From: Mitosporidium daphniae
Taxonomy: Eukaryota
NCBI RefSeq assembly: GCF_000760515.2
Contig: NW_013546132.1
Span: 56,448-76,447 of the forward strand
Direction: 5' to 3'
Length of the DNA stretch: 20,000 nt
The position numbers were made by a program, and so were the translations under genes. Shown piece by piece: positions 18,131-20,000 of this stretch (the first letter of the stretch is position 1; every line of letters starts with the position of its first letter). The notes beneath the pieces were generated by a model. The model searched no databases. It worked only from the letters and a program-made list of their open reading frames with translations, and was not told where the DNA came from.

Positions 18131-18140
18131 GGGGGGGGGG
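18131..18140. repeat. G10 homopolymer in the 81-bp divergent bS1m/prefoldin spacer
   Basis: Ten consecutive G within an otherwise AT-rich spacer. Confidence 0.9.
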
Positions 18141-18181
18141 CATTAATTGGAATCCCTTTCAACTTTATTTGCTTTCAATTG

Positions 18182-18804
18182 ATGTCAATCGCGGTCAGCT
18201 CTGTTGGGCCCAATGGAATACCCAAGGCCATATTTATTGTAAATTTATCTTCTAAAATAAATTATAGGAAGATGTGCACAAATATCTCTCCACAAAGCCA
18301 TCTTTTAGCTCAGATCCCAAACTTGCGGTTGAGGATTCCCTGGTACAACTGCAGGAGTCTTTAAGGCATTTTTTGTATGGATGACATTTTAGCAAGTATA
18401 AGTTTGTTTCCGCCCACCATGTCAAAAAACATTCGGCTATCCTTGCCAAGATCCCTGAAATCGAAAAAAGCATCGATTCGGTGCTCCTAATGAAAAATAG
18501 TATCCGGGATGAAACCGCGCTTGACATCGATTTTGAGTTGGCAGATACTCTTTTCCTCAAAGCCGCCATAAAGCCATCCAGAACGGTTTTTCTGTGGCTT
18601 GGGGCTTCCATTCTGATGTCATATGATGTTGACGATGCTCTGCATCTTTTGATGCAAAAGTTGGCAACATCCAACAAAACAGTCCTTGAACTTGAGCATG
18701 ATATCGGATTTTTGCGAGAGCAAATCACAACGGTCGAAGTAAACCTTTCCCGAATATATAACTGGCATGTGAAGAATGAAAGGATACTTAATAGTCCTAA
18801 ATAA
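18182..18804 (+). CDS. PFDN3: Prefoldin subunit 3 (Pac10/VBP1), 2 introns
   Basis: GIPKAIFI|EDV, QESLS|KYKF, KIPEIEKS, FELADTLFLKA.I...TVFLWLGA.I..Y..DDA..LL and FLREQITTVEVNLSRIYNW; introns 18239-18267 (GT-AG) and 18366-18392 (GC-AG). Confidence 0.95.
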
Positions 18805-19313
18805 ACTTGGCCAGAAAAGGGCATTTATCAATTTGGATGCAGCACACATTGATTACATTATAGACAACAACTTTAGGGCTAAATCTCATAGATTTAGCGT
18901 TAGGTTATCGTGTGGCATGGGGTTGTTTCTTTAAATGTATGTTTAGGTCGAGCATCACCTATACTAAGCTACGTTCCAATGCGACACCGGTCGATGGCTA
19001 AACTCCTAATTGGCTGATGAAGTATGATGGCGAATCATCTTGATTTTTTGGATATGAAAGAATGCTTTGGCGCCAAATTTATGTAGTGGTTGATGAGCCA
19101 CAAAAACTCGATTTATCTGCCAAAAATGCTTTTAAACTGCTAATCGAGTTCCAAATGAACTACATAATTATAGGTACCCATGAAAAGAGAATTTGGTATT
19201 TCGAGTCGATTTTGATCTCAGAAACTTTACCCGATAATTTTATTTACGAACAGTTTCTTATTGTTCGGAATTTTGTTCATAATATTTGGCCGTCGTGGTG
19301 AATTTTTAGACCT

Positions 19314-20000
19314 TTATTTTGCATAAGGAGTCATTTTAGGCTCTTGAATTTTTGCTGCAGCACTTTCAAATTCAGCATCAGTGCAACATGATAAATTTTC
19401 GAAACATTTAAGCACCAGCTGAATAGTGGGCCTTTTTTTAGGAGATGAATGAAGAGCCTTGTTAATGATTGTAGCCAAATTGATATCAAAGGTTTTTATT
19501 AAATTCAAGATATCGGTATAATTTTCATTTCCTGCCTCTTCTTTAAAAGAAAAATACGTACAGTCGTACCTGACTGCATTTCTAGAGATAAGGAAGCAAA
19601 CAAAGGTAACTCCAAAAGAGTAGATATCAGATTCTTTGGTGGGAAAAGAGTTAGGTTTGAGCTTAAACTTCAATTCTCCGGGTTTTTGCCTAATTCATTT
19701 CCATGTAACCTTTGCGTGGTTGATAAGTATGTCCTTAAATTCGTTTGGCTCAACAGATTTTGGATTTATACGCTCTGGCGCAACATAGTTTGATGTAAAA
19801 GTAAACCCATAGTCTTTACGAGAATGGGGATATTCGTCTAAAGTAGCTTCTTTTTTTCTTATAGAAAATCGTGAGGGAACTCTTTTGGTTTCCACAGCGG
19901 CACCAAAATCTCCGATTTTAACATCTCCTTTGTTTGAGATAAATATATTATCAGGCTTCAAGTCCCCATGAACAACACCATTTTCATGCATAAATTTAAT
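19314..20000 (-). CDS. Protein kinase domain (5'-truncated) with in-frame TGA at 19695-19697; possible pseudogene
   Basis: [27 protein letters not shown] and P.KRPT motifs; the two ORFs are in the same frame, separated only by one TGA. Confidence 0.8.

Noticed and set aside
19086..19100. U3 snoRNA (GGTTGATGAG resembles box C')
   Set aside because: No box A/A' upstream and no convincing box B/C/D arrangement.
1..20000. Stop-codon reassignment as the cause of fragmented ORFs
   Set aside because: TAA (ORC3, SPT5), TAG (SEC11) and TGA (ClpB, RNase H) all end genes at expected C-termini, and most breaks are frame changes explained by introns.
1..20000. Mass pseudogenisation or programmed frameshifting
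   Set aside because: Nearly every break in a conserved gene is repaired precisely by removing a GT/GC...AG segment.

Overview
This is not prokaryotic DNA. It is an extremely gene-dense eukaryotic nuclear region whose genes are split by many tiny spliceosomal introns, which is why the ORF track looks fragmented. Splicing by hand gives about 15 genes: ClpB/Hsp104-family chaperone (3' end), an SDR oxidoreductase, a low-complexity orphan, USB1, a minimal RNase H1, an unresolved ORF, COQ3, ORC3 (11 introns), DcpS, a possible divergent calcipressin, SPT5, SEC11, mitoribosomal bS1m/Mrp51-like, prefoldin 3 and a protein kinase with an in-frame TGA. Compaction, tiny introns and retained mitochondrial translation/ubiquinone genes fit an early-branching microsporidian or Rozellomycota-type parasite such as Mitosporidium; this is inference, not verified. 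The most interesting signal is the splicing system. Of 29 reconstructed introns, 28 are 23-34 nt, with near-absent donor consensus beyond GT, 26/29 TAG acceptors, two AG|GCATT (GC-AG) donors and length peaks at 23/26/29 nt (3n+2). One further intron has no good canonical solution. No mobile element, CRISPR array, rRNA or tRNA was recognised.
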